NCBI GenBank assembly: GCA_018238155.1
Contig: JABCTZ010000036.1
Span: forward strand, 64,001 to 128,000
Reading direction: 5' to 3'
Source of the DNA: Candidatus Heimdallarchaeota archaeon
GTDB lineage: Archaea > Asgardarchaeota > Heimdallarchaeia > JABLTI01
DNA: 64,000 nucleotides
Part shown: piece after piece, positions 8,463-17,913 of the stretch
How positions within the stretch are numbered: position 1 is the stretch's first letter
How the letters are laid out: each line of letters begins with the position of its first letter
Position numbers and translations under genes: made by a program
Notes under the pieces: model-generated
The model's database searches: none
The model's input: the letters and a program-made list of their open reading frames with translations, nothing else
What the model was told of the DNA's origin: nothing

Positions 8463-9386
8463 ATGGCAACTTTGAAGGTAGTCTCAATATCACATTCAAT
8501 TGATCCTGATGGAATAGGTTCACAAGCAATTATTTTTAGATACTTTAGAGAATTGAAAATTGAACCAATCGGTTTTCTTACAGATTATCATAATTTTGTA
8601 GAAGTATTTCAACAAGCATTAGATGAGAAACCTAATGTTTTGATAATTAGTGATATCGGTATCAATAAATCGCACTTCTCGAAGATCATTGAATCTTTAA
8701 AGGAGCTTCAAGCAAGGAAAATTTGGATTGATCATCACAAAGTATCTGATGAGGATAAAGCTGTCTTACTGGATGTTTTGGATGAATTTATTCATGACAC
8801 AAAATATTGTGCAGCAGAACTCGTTCAAAAAAGGTTCATGCCAAATGATGAAATATCTAAGAAAATTGCTACTATAGGTCATAACGGAGATTTTGATGTT
8901 CCAGACAGACTGTCAAATATTTTCTATACATTGATTGATTATTACAGACTGTCGATGAAAGATTTAATCAAGGTTCGAGAAATGTTTGCAAAAGGTGATT
9001 TTGAAGATGAACAATTTATCAATTGTTATTTGGAAGCATACAAAATTTTCGAAGCAGAGCGAGATCGAATTAAAAACGCTAAAAAAGTGCTAACTATTGC
9101 AGGATTTACTATTGCTATTGCTGAATCAGCTCTTCTTCCAAGAGGGAAGGTAACTAAATTTTTATCAGAAATTGGTGCTCAAGATATTTATCTAGCAATT
9201 GATACCACTAATTTCAGAATTGGATTAAGAAGTGATAATTTTGATGTTGCTGCATTGGCAGTTAAATTCGGTGGTGGTGGACACAAACACCGCTCTGGTT
9301 TTACCTATGATGGAGCTCTAAATAAAGAGCAAAATTTAGATGAAAACTTTCTTAAAAAATTTGAAGATGCTCTTAAAAATCCTTAA
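8463..9386 (+). CDS. DHH/DHHA1-family phosphoesterase (NrnA/oligoribonuclease-like)
   Basis: HxxDPDG, IISD, WIDHH and GGGGH motifs. Confidence 0.88.
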   Translation: MATLKVVSISHSIDPDGIGSQAIIFRYFRELKIEPIGFLTDYHNFVEVFQQALDEKPNVLIISDIGINKSHFSKIIESLKELQARKIWIDHHKVSDEDKAVLLDVLDEFIHDTKYCAAELVQKRFMPNDEISKKIATIGHNGDFDVPDRLSNIFYTLIDYYRLSMKDLIKVREMFAKGDFEDEQFINCYLEAYKIFEAERDRIKNAKKVLTIAGFTIAIAESALLPRGKVTKFLSEIGAQDIYLAIDTTNFRIGLRSDNFDVAALAVKFGGGGHKHRSGFTYDGALNKEQNLDENFLKKFEDALKNP

Positions 9387-9480
9387 AGATAGCAAAAAGC
9401 ATATGCTTCTAGATTAATTAATTAATTAATTCATTAATTGTTTGAAAGAAGCTATTGTACTATTTGGAAGTTTGTTTAAA

Positions 9481-10566
9481 ATGCTAAAAGATAGACAAAA
9501 ACGTTTGAAAGATTTTATGAAAACTGATGGTTCAGAATGCTTGCTTTTATTTCCAGGAGTAGATTTGTTTTATTCTACTGGTTTGGAAACACATGCGAGT
9601 GAGCGATTGACTGTAGCAATAATTCCAACTGAAACTGACCCAATAATTATTTGTCCCAGTTTTGAAAAAACAAGGCTCGAAAGAGGACTCGGAACAGGCT
9701 CAATAAGAACTTGGGAAGAAAATGAAAATCCGTTTGAGCTATTAGGAAAAATTCTTCAAGAGCTTGATGTTGACCAGAAGCAGATATCCTTAGATAATAA
9801 ATTATGGTTTGAGTGGTTTCTAAAAATAAGAGAACAAATACCAAAAGCAACTTTTGTTGACGCGAAAGCAATAGTTCAAGCATCACGACTGATAAAATCT
9901 GAAGGAGAAATTTCTTTACTTCGCGAAGCTGCGAAAATAGCTGCACATTCAATTAGAGATACAATCGCAGAAGTAGAAGTGGGAATGACTGAGCTTGAAA
10001 TTGCTAAAATCGTTGATGAGAAATTATCAAAGGCAAGTGGAACAACTGCATTTGCAATAGTTCAATCCGGACCAAACACTGCAGTACCTCATGCCGGACC
10101 TTCTGAAAGAAAAATTGAAAAAAATGATGTTTTGCTTATTGATGCGGGACCAAAGTACAAGGGCTATCTCGGAGATATCACAATGACTTCTGTAATTGGT
10201 GAACCAAGTGATAAATTCAAGAAAATTTATGATATTGTCTATAAAGCAAATAGGGCTGCGTTTGCTGCATCAAAGGATGGAGCTATTGCAGAAGATGTCG
10301 ATAAGGCAGCACGCCAAGTGATTATTAAAGAGGATTATGGCCAATATTTTTCCCATAGATTGGGACATGGGATAGGAGTAGAAGTACATGAAGCACCATA
10401 TATGGTCTCTGGAAACAAACTTATCTTAAAAGAAGGTATGTGTCACACAATTGAACCTGGAATTTATATTGAAGGCGAATTTGGTATTCGAATAGAGGAT
10501 GATGTTGTCGTTCGTAAGAATAATTGTGAATTTCTTTATGAGGCGCCGCGAAGGATTTGGGAGTGA
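9481..10566 (+). CDS. pepQ: Xaa-Pro aminopeptidase/prolidase (peptidase M24)
   Basis: Creatinase-like N domain; PH...IDAG...GDIT, HRLGHGIGVEVHE, TIEPGIY, GIRIEDDV metal ligands; ATG 9481 preferred over TTG 9442. Confidence 0.9.
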   Translation: MLKDRQKRLKDFMKTDGSECLLLFPGVDLFYSTGLETHASERLTVAIIPTETDPIIICPSFEKTRLERGLGTGSIRTWEENENPFELLGKILQELDVDQKQISLDNKLWFEWFLKIREQIPKATFVDAKAIVQASRLIKSEGEISLLREAAKIAAHSIRDTIAEVEVGMTELEIAKIVDEKLSKASGTTAFAIVQSGPNTAVPHAGPSERKIEKNDVLLIDAGPKYKGYLGDITMTSVIGEPSDKFKKIYDIVYKANRAAFAASKDGAIAEDVDKAARQVIIKEDYGQYFSHRLGHGIGVEVHEAPYMVSGNKLILKEGMCHTIEPGIYIEGEFGIRIEDDVVVRKNNCEFLYEAPRRIWE

Positions 10567-11069
10567 CCTCAATCCAAACTCTTTTTTCTAGTTCAAACCT
10601 ACATCTATCCAATGCTAGTGGAACTTATGTAATTTTCATTGATGTTTCTAAAGAAATTCTCTTAAAAATAGGCTCATTAGGAGAGATGAAATTTAGTAAA
10701 GGATATTATATCTATATTGGGTCTGCATTTGGTCCTGGTGGATTAGTAAAAAGAGTTGAAAGACATTTACGAAATGAAAAGAAACTTTTCTGGCATATTG
10801 ATTATTTATTGAATTCTTCATCAGCTAAAATAATTGCTGTTGCTTGGATAGCAGATAGGCAAAAATTGGAATGCATTATTTCACAGGAAATAGATAAATC
10901 ATCGCCTTTAGTGAAATCTTTACTTCATTTTGGATCTAGCGATTGTAAATGCACAAGTCATCTGAAACAAATAAAGACAAAACTCAGAAGAGATTTTTAC
11001 AAAGTAATTTTATCAATGATTGAGCCTTACGATATGATTTTTGAAGACTTCACTAATAATCTCTCTTGA
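10563..11069 (+). CDS. GIY-YIG/Uri-superfamily nuclease (DUF123-like)
   Basis: GTY...GYYIYIGSA...RVERH...WHIDYLL...EC...FGSSDCKCxSHL; GTG start overlaps the previous stop (GTGA). Confidence 0.85.
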   Translation: MTSIQTLFSSSNLHLSNASGTYVIFIDVSKEILLKIGSLGEMKFSKGYYIYIGSAFGPGGLVKRVERHLRNEKKLFWHIDYLLNSSSAKIIAVAWIADRQKLECIISQEIDKSSPLVKSLLHFGSSDCKCTSHLKQIKTKLRRDFYKVILSMIEPYDMIFEDFTNNLS

Positions 11070-11146
11070 TGATAATTTTTTAAACAAGATTAATAATCAG
11101 TATTTAACATATTCACGTTTATTAAAAATACTATTTCAAAGATACT

Positions 11147-11728
11147 GTGGTTGATAAAATGCCTGAAGTTGAGACAATTGAATATTTCAAAAGCGCCGGG
11201 AAAGCAAATACAGAGAAAGCATTGAAACTTGCTTATGAATATTCTGAAGAATATAAAATCCCCAAAATAGTTATTGCTACTACAAAGGGCAGCACCGCAG
11301 CAAAAGCACTTGATATTTTCACAGACCTTGAAAAATTAGTTATAGTAACTCATTCATTCGGTTTTTTGAAACCAGGCGAGAGTGAAATGGATGATGATTT
11401 GCTTGGACTACTTAAGAAAAAGAATATTTCAGTTCTAACAGGAACTCATGCTTTCGCAGGAGTAGATAGAGCCATTAGAAAAAAGCATGGTACCTGGGAA
11501 ATTGCAGAGTTAATTGCTGAAGTCTATAGGACATTTGGTCAAGGAACAAAAGTTTGTGCAGAAATAACTTTGATGGCAGCTGATTCTGGGCTTGTACCAA
11601 TTGACCAAGATATCTTGGCTGTGGGTGGAACTGGTAGAGGTGCAGATACTGTGTGGCAAATTCAACCTACAAACACCTTTAGTTTCTTTGATTTAAAAAT
11701 GAAGAAATGTCTTTGTAAACCACTTTAG
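11147..11728 (+). CDS. Pyruvate kinase C-terminal-like domain protein (MTH1675/DUF1867-like)
   Basis: YF...GKANT, VIATTKG, THAFAGVDR, FGQGTKVCAEITLMAADSG, GGTGRGADT. Confidence 0.85.
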   Translation: MVDKMPEVETIEYFKSAGKANTEKALKLAYEYSEEYKIPKIVIATTKGSTAAKALDIFTDLEKLVIVTHSFGFLKPGESEMDDDLLGLLKKKNISVLTGTHAFAGVDRAIRKKHGTWEIAELIAEVYRTFGQGTKVCAEITLMAADSGLVPIDQDILAVGGTGRGADTVWQIQPTNTFSFFDLKMKKCLCKPL

Positions 11729-11732
11729 ATTT

Positions 11733-12200
11733 TTATGTTAATCTTTTTGCAGCTTTAACTATGTATTCTCGAGCATTCTCTCGAGATGCTTGTTTAATTA
11801 TTAATCGAGTAAAGAAATTCAATTTTTCTTTATCTAAATTAAATTGCTCAACTAAAAGAGCTTTTATTTTCAATTCAGAAGAATTCGAAGGCAAATCTGC
11901 GATAAATTCTGCAACATCTAATATTGAAGCATCTTGAACTGTTTCTCTTTTGGGTGTTCCGAAAATTTGTTTTGAAAGCTCTTCCAAGTGATTGTTGTGT
12001 GCTTTCACAATCACTTCATATTCTTTTCCTTCATATTTCGGCAAAATGCGAATTTCTAAAGAGCGATCTTCATTGTGTAAACTGTACCCCAATTCTTGAT
12101 TTAAATTTGCTTTTCTAATTTCTACTCTTTCTTCTAGCTTATCAATGAGTACTTCAACTTCTGAATCGGATTTAAAATTATAAATTAATTCTTTCGCCAA
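11733..12200 (-). CDS. Hypothetical protein, paralogue of 14504-14953
   Basis: 155-aa ORF, TTG start with AGGTGA SD; aligns by eye to the 149-aa ORF at 14504. Confidence 0.7.
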   Translation of the reverse strand: MAKELIYNFKSDSEVEVLIDKLEERVEIRKANLNQELGYSLHNEDRSLEIRILPKYEGKEYEVIVKAHNNHLEELSKQIFGTPKRETVQDASILDVAEFIADLPSNSSELKIKALLVEQFNLDKEKLNFFTRLIIKQASRENAREYIVKAAKRLT

Positions 12201-12312
12201 ATGAGTTCACCTGAAAGCTTAACCTACGAGTCAATCTTTCTAACTACCATTGAACAATTCTAATTTTAATATGTATCTAAATTTGATAGAAATTTTCGAA
12301 AAAAGAGATACT

Positions 12313-12335
12313 GTTGGTAGTCTTTTTCTACCAAC
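12313..12335 (-). terminator. Hairpin downstream of the PLD gene
   Basis: Perfect 8-bp stem GTTGGTAG/CTACCAAC with 7-nt loop, followed on the minus strand by TCTCTTTTT. Confidence 0.55.
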
Positions 12336-12358
12336 TCTTCAGAATTTTTCATGAAATT

Positions 12359-14425
12359 CTATTGTTTTCTTCTCTTAATAGATACCGTTGCAACGAGTAT
12401 TATTGCAAAAATACTGGTTACAAATACGTATCCCGGAATAAATCCGGAAGCAGTTGATAGAGGAGGTATGGTAATAAATACCGTTCCAGGATTAGGTGTA
12501 TCTGTTTTAAAGTCTACTGAGCAATCATCTGTATCGTGATTTGCGGGGTCTCTTTGTAGACTCAAAGATTCATCCATATCGCTATCCCATGCAGTTATTG
12601 TTGTAAGACTTCCAGTACCCCAAACAACTGCATCCACCATTGTTGTGGTTGGAGTGTCTAATTTTAGATAATCGCCTGTATTTGCCAGAGTAATTGATCC
12701 ATAGGTGAAATCAGGAGCAACTGTAGATACTCCAAGATCATCCATTTGTTCCATGAAAGCAGTGGCATTTCGAGCAAAAATCAAAATATCTCCAGCAGAA
12801 AACACTGTACCGGCAGGAATAACATAAGAGGCTCCATTGTCAGAAATCTCCCATCCACCTATACCTACATTGAAAGCAAATCCATTATATAGCTCAAAGA
12901 ATTCACCATCAGGTTCTGGTGTGTCAGCATCATATCTTACTTCAGAAAAGAGTAATAACCATTCTTCATCGTTTATGATATTAACATCAATTTCATCTAC
13001 AATCGCAGTAAGGTCAGCTTTTGTACCAACTATTTTTATGGTAGACAATCCATTAGCAAAAGATGTTGTATCTAAATTGTAAGAAACAACTGCAGATGGA
13101 TTTGTCCAAGTATGTGCTAATGTTGTTCCAACAAATAATTCACCTTTAGTATAAGTATCGATGTAAAATCCTGCATCTATGCTATAGGTTCCGTCAATGA
13201 CTTCATGCTCTTCCACATCAATTATTTCCACTGTGCCTGTATACCCTGTAGGAACTTCACTATTAGCCCAATCCCAATCAAATACTGTTTTGAAATATTT
13301 TGAAACATTGGCGTTAAATACAATGGCACCTGCTTCTCGGTTTTTTGTTATAGAATTATTCGAGAAATTTATGCTCGAGATTGAGGTTTGTTCTCCATCA
13401 ATGGAAAGGTATTTGTTATGATTATGTCCAAGTCCTTTGAAGAATCGTATTTCAATATTATTTGACAATAGCGTTCCAGTTACATTCTCATTAGCTACTC
13501 CGGGTTCTGGAATTAGAACTCTCACAGAAACTCCTCTGCTTGCTGCAGCAATGATATTGTCCAATAAATCACAATCAAATTTGATGTATTGCTGTGAAAT
13601 ATCAAGTGTTGTTGTTGCATTATTGATGAGTGAGGATAACAAATGATAGCTATTATCGGGTGAGAAGATTGGCGTTACAATCATATATTCATTTATTACT
13701 TTTAGAGTATCAAATGGATGAGTGTATGTTCCACCTGTTTCATTTCCTTGTAATGAACCAAGATGAGGTTCTATTCCTGCATAAGGATTTCCAATTGCTT
13801 GATCATCAAAGAACACATCTTCATAATAAGCAGCTATACTTGCATTTTCAAAAGCAAAACCCAATTCTCTATTGGTCCTAGCCCAATTTACTTGTGGAAT
13901 ACTTGAGGGTGCCCAGTTCCCTGAATAAACAAAGGCTTCAAGACTATCCACAATCCAGAATTTTGCATGAGTGAATCTAAAGCTTGAGCTGCACCAAGTA
14001 ACAGTGATACTCAAATTTGCATTGTCAAGTCGATATGCAGCTTCTTCAGTGTAATCATCTTCATATCCACTAACGCGGTCATGAGATAATGATACTTGAA
14101 CATCTACACCTCTTCTTGCAGCTTCAATTAGTCTATTGACTAATGGTTCACTGGAGAGTGTATAAACCTCAAGATAGAATGACGTTGTTGAATCATTTAA
14201 TGATTTCATAATAACCTCATATGCTGAATCTGGTCCAACAAAACAAGTAACCTTGCTCACACCTGCAAACTCTTCGGTTGTGATTGCATTAGGATTTACC
14301 CATGGATTGATTATTTTAATTGGATCTTTAGCAACAACAACAGTCGCTTCTGTGTTGAGTACCATAAAGACTGTAGGTAAAATTAACATTGTTGCAATAA
14401 AAATCACGAGCTCATTATTTTTCAT
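12359..14425 (-). CDS. Secreted phospholipase D-family protein with Ig-like and lamin-tail domains and a C-terminal sorting/TM tail
   Basis: Signal peptide; two HKD motifs (HAKFWIVD, HNKYLSID); LTD motif LLFSEVRYD...GEFFELYN; tail GFIPGY-TM-KRRKQ. Confidence 0.88.
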   Translation of the reverse strand: MKNNELVIFIATMLILPTVFMVLNTEATVVVAKDPIKIINPWVNPNAITTEEFAGVSKVTCFVGPDSAYEVIMKSLNDSTTSFYLEVYTLSSEPLVNRLIEAARRGVDVQVSLSHDRVSGYEDDYTEEAAYRLDNANLSITVTWCSSSFRFTHAKFWIVDSLEAFVYSGNWAPSSIPQVNWARTNRELGFAFENASIAAYYEDVFFDDQAIGNPYAGIEPHLGSLQGNETGGTYTHPFDTLKVINEYMIVTPIFSPDNSYHLLSSLINNATTTLDISQQYIKFDCDLLDNIIAAASRGVSVRVLIPEPGVANENVTGTLLSNNIEIRFFKGLGHNHNKYLSIDGEQTSISSINFSNNSITKNREAGAIVFNANVSKYFKTVFDWDWANSEVPTGYTGTVEIIDVEEHEVIDGTYSIDAGFYIDTYTKGELFVGTTLAHTWTNPSAVVSYNLDTTSFANGLSTIKIVGTKADLTAIVDEIDVNIINDEEWLLLFSEVRYDADTPEPDGEFFELYNGFAFNVGIGGWEISDNGASYVIPAGTVFSAGDILIFARNATAFMEQMDDLGVSTVAPDFTYGSITLANTGDYLKLDTPTTTMVDAVVWGTGSLTTITAWDSDMDESLSLQRDPANHDTDDCSVDFKTDTPNPGTVFITIPPLSTASGFIPGYVFVTSIFAIILVATVSIKRRKQ

Positions 14426-14503
14426 AAAAGATAATTAGCATCTCATTAAATAAATATGTAGCGCCTAAAAAAATAATGTTCGAGATCTAGAAACCTTGTT
14501 TTA

Positions 14504-14953
14504 CTATTTTTGTAGTATTTCTGCTGCTTTAATAAATAGATCTGCTGCATTCGATCGTCTGAGTTGATTCTTTATTAACTTTTGATATTGAAGATATTGT
14601 CGTTCATTTACTTCCATGATTTCCATAATCTCTTCTTTTGATTTTTCCGTTATTCCTGGAATAGCAATTAATTCCTGTGCAAATTCTAGTGGAGTTAAGC
14701 GTTGTTCTGCTGTTCTAGCAGGATCTCCCAAGATAGATTTGAGAAAATCGATGTCTTTCTGGGATGCACCCCAAACATTGTATGTATATTTATCGCCCAT
14801 GCTTCGTTCTGTGATTTGTAATTTAGGTTCTACTAAAATGAATCTACTCACACCATCGTCATCATACTGTGTTGTAGTAGAATATTTTTCAGCTATTTTA
14901 TCTAATTGATCTGTAGAGTAGTTCTCTGTACTAATCTGAAATATGGCTTTCAT
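14504..14953 (-). CDS. Hypothetical protein, paralogue of 11733-12200
   Basis: 149-aa ORF directly downstream of lplA; shares GxPxR and LIxxQxxRxNA...KAA motifs with 11733-12200. Confidence 0.7.
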   Translation of the reverse strand: MKAIFQISTENYSTDQLDKIAEKYSTTTQYDDDGVSRFILVEPKLQITERSMGDKYTYNVWGASQKDIDFLKSILGDPARTAEQRLTPLEFAQELIAIPGITEKSKEEIMEIMEVNERQYLQYQKLIKNQLRRSNAADLFIKAAEILQK

Positions 14954-15006
14954 ACATTTGAATTCTTACTGTACTTTTTATTGCTTTCTCTATCAGCAAA
15001 AACGAT

Positions 15007-16116
15007 TTAAAATAGATCCTTCACTGAAAGTTCAATCGCTTTTACAAAATCATTGGGAGAAACGCCTGGAATATCTAATTTATGTTCTTGATAAGCAATT
15101 GAAATAGCACTTTCGATATGTTTTGGATGAACAAGCTTACCAATTAAAGCATTTTCTAGAACTTCAGGAGTATTCATTGGATTTGCAGAAAAATCACCAC
15201 TAATGATAATATCCTTGAAAAAACCGTCAACAATTTCCATGAAGATGCGAATAAGCCCACCAGGAGCTTTGTAAACTGACTCATAAATCTGAGTTGAACT
15301 TGATATCTTTACTTTTCGTTTTGACATTAAATCAGACCGTCTGTGTTGAGGAATATTCAACCACTCATCTTCTTTGTAAAGTTTTAGAAGTTCTTTGTTG
15401 ATTACTTGTTCTTTTTGAAGGAATTCAGTTTCCCTTCTAAATTTCACTCCAAGAACCTTTTCAAAATTATTGATGAGGATTTGTTTAATTTTCTGTCTGT
15501 CAGGTTCTTCCTTGAGGAACCCCTTAATTGTTCCTAATCTCTCACGAAGACTTGAAGCTATTTTATCTCTAAATTTCTCATTTGGCACTTTGAGAACCTT
15601 AACCATTTCTTCAAAATTGAAATCAAAAATGAGGTTTCCTGTTAAAACACGGGCACCACCAATCTGTGCGGCTCCATTTCCAGAAATCTTCTTACCATCT
15701 GCAACAATATCATTTATTGGTGCATAAACGGCATTAATTCCAATTGTTTTATAGGTTTCAATTGGTGCTTGGAGTATTTTTTGATAGAATCTAGCAACAT
15801 CTTTTGGTATAACTTTACTATCTAATCTAGCAATTATTTGATAGAACAATTGACCTTTATCTAGATAGACTGCTCCTCCTCCTAAAGGTCTACGAACGAT
15901 TGTCAAACCTTTTCTCTGACAATATTCTACATCTACTTCCTCTTCAATTATCTGATGATAGCCAATACAAACCGTTGGATCTTCTGGCCAACAGATAATT
16001 ATTGTATTCTCAATGTCATCATATCTTTCCATTGCTTCTGCAATTGCATGATAGACTGTTTGGGATTCTGCACCTGGTAATTCATCAAATTCAATTAAAC
16101 GCCATTCTTCAGACAT
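15007..16116 (-). CDS. lplA: Lipoate-protein ligase (catalytic domain plus C-terminal accessory domain)
   Basis: RRPLGGGAVYLD, IND...GKKISGNG, C-terminal KAPGGLI...IIISGDF. Confidence 0.9.
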   Translation of the reverse strand: MSEEWRLIEFDELPGAESQTVYHAIAEAMERYDDIENTIIICWPEDPTVCIGYHQIIEEEVDVEYCQRKGLTIVRRPLGGGAVYLDKGQLFYQIIARLDSKVIPKDVARFYQKILQAPIETYKTIGINAVYAPINDIVADGKKISGNGAAQIGGARVLTGNLIFDFNFEEMVKVLKVPNEKFRDKIASSLRERLGTIKGFLKEEPDRQKIKQILINNFEKVLGVKFRRETEFLQKEQVINKELLKLYKEDEWLNIPQHRRSDLMSKRKVKISSSTQIYESVYKAPGGLIRIFMEIVDGFFKDIIISGDFSANPMNTPEVLENALIGKLVHPKHIESAISIAYQEHKLDIPGVSPNDFVKAIELSVKDLF

Positions 16117-16228
16117 GGTTTACAAACTCTAATATGTTGCTTTTCTTCCAATACAATCAATTGTTAATATTTCTTTCCCAATAATTTTTAACATTTGAAA
16201 CCTAGATTGACACAAGTATGGTGATACA

Positions 16229-16594
16229 ATGATATTTGAGAAAACAAATTTTGGTTCTATTATTATTGATGGGAAGAAATATACTCATGACATTTATCTT
16301 AACTTGGATGGAACAATATCCAAAAGAAAGAAAGAACTATCAAAACCATATAGCAAAGGTCACACAGTCTTAGGACCTAAAGAGATTAAATTCTTGCTGG
16401 ATCAAAAACCTGATACAATGATAATTGGTAAAGGACAATATGGTATTTTACCAATGCCCAAAGAATCTAAGAAGCTTTTAGATGAGTCTGGAATCATTAT
16501 TATTAAAACAAAAACACCGAATGCATTACCAATGTTAAATGAGCTTTTGAAACAAAAAGCGAAAATCGTTGCTATCTTGCATTTAACATGCTAA
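16229..16594 (+). CDS. Mth938-like (DUF498) protein
   Basis: FGSIIIDGKKYTHDI, IIGKGQYG, C-terminal LHLTC. Confidence 0.88.
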   Translation: MIFEKTNFGSIIIDGKKYTHDIYLNLDGTISKRKKELSKPYSKGHTVLGPKEIKFLLDQKPDTMIIGKGQYGILPMPKESKKLLDESGIIIIKTKTPNALPMLNELLKQKAKIVAILHLTC

Positions 16595-16665
16595 AGAAAA
16601 CATTGTTAGTAAATTGAAAAGTGTTTTATAGAAAGATAGATAATAATTGTTAAACACAAGAAATA

Positions 16666-17880
16666 TTGGAGAGCAAAAATGTGCCAAAAAGAGATGTTCT
16701 AACACAAAAGGTTTTCACTCTAAGAAAACCCAGTTTTTCAAAAATTCGTTCTCCAACAATAACTGCTGCTGAAAAAGAAATAAATGACCATCTAAAACGT
16801 AATGATATTGAATCAACAGCAGACCCTTGCAATAAGGGAGATATTTTAGTTGTTTTTATACATGGTTTTGCTGCATCTAAATATTGTTGGCTTGATCCTG
16901 ATGTTGGTAATATGGGTTGGGTTAAGGACTATGAGAATACTCCATCTACTCGTGATTTCGGTTGGCATACAATTCCTCCTCCTCCCTTTGTTCCTGTAGA
17001 CTGGACATTATCAAATCAAATAATCATTAATGGTGCATCGACAGAGATGGATAAAAGGGGAGTAGAGTGGTTGACCTACTCACAAAGTTCAGCTTTTGGA
17101 GATATTAAAAATTCTGTAGATGAATTGAAAAGGATTATGCACGAAATAAGGATTGTTTATGGTTCTAGAAGAATTGTCATTATCGCTCATTCACGAGGTG
17201 GACTGATTTCGAAGAGATATCTTGATACAGTTCAAGATACTGATGTTGTGAAACTCGTAACGTTTGGCACACCTTATGGTGGAACATTTATGTCTTCCAT
17301 GGAAACATTTCGAAAACCTTCAAAACATTTCTTGAATAGATTTAAAACTGCAAGAAAGTTGTGGGATGTCAGCAAAGAACGTCGTGTCGAATCTGTGTCT
17401 ACAAAACAAATGGCTCCAAATTCAGACTTTCTCACGGAATTACATACTTGTGGTTGTAGAAAAGACATCGAATATGTTAATGTAGCAGGTTCAAATTCGC
17501 ATTACACTAATGTGTATTCCTGGAGATGGGCATCATCTTCTTGGAAAAGAAACTTTAGATTAGCAAGACGAAAGAAAAAGGAACGAAAAAAACTGATAGC
17601 AAATAATCATCCTCCAATTGATTGGTGTACTCTCCCAAATTATTCTTTTATTAATGCTCACAATTGGATTATGGAACCTGTCAAATTATTTGAAATTTAT
17701 CCTAACATTGGATATCATGAGGTAATACAAGGAGATGGTGCTGTTGCAATTAAAAGTGCTCTTCTTGCTCTTCCAGAAGTAAAGCATTATATTATACATA
17801 AAAATCATATTGATATGACTTGTTGTATTGATGGATATGAAATAATGCATAGAGAATTGGAGTTTAGTATTGAAGATTAA
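16666..17880 (+). CDS. Alpha/beta hydrolase (lipase/PGAP1/LCAT-like)
   Basis: VFIHGF oxyanion motif, AHSRGG nucleophile elbow, GTPYGG, GDGAV and a C-terminal His (NH). Confidence 0.82.
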   Translation: MESKNVPKRDVLTQKVFTLRKPSFSKIRSPTITAAEKEINDHLKRNDIESTADPCNKGDILVVFIHGFAASKYCWLDPDVGNMGWVKDYENTPSTRDFGWHTIPPPPFVPVDWTLSNQIIINGASTEMDKRGVEWLTYSQSSAFGDIKNSVDELKRIMHEIRIVYGSRRIVIIAHSRGGLISKRYLDTVQDTDVVKLVTFGTPYGGTFMSSMETFRKPSKHFLNRFKTARKLWDVSKERRVESVSTKQMAPNSDFLTELHTCGCRKDIEYVNVAGSNSHYTNVYSWRWASSSWKRNFRLARRKKKERKKLIANNHPPIDWCTLPNYSFINAHNWIMEPVKLFEIYPNIGYHEVIQGDGAVAIKSALLALPEVKHYIIHKNHIDMTCCIDGYEIMHRELEFSIED

Positions 17881-17913
17881 TATCCATAAATTATCTGCTG
17901 TGGTTGTTTAATT

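Noticed and set aside
9413-9430. (ATTA)n/(TTAA)n run
   Set aside because: Short AT microsatellite in an AT-rich intergenic region with no supportable function
10563-11069. GIY-YIG nuclease as a homing endonuclease or mobile element
   Set aside because: Matches the widespread stand-alone archaeal DUF123 type, is coupled to the peptidase gene, and has no intron or intein context
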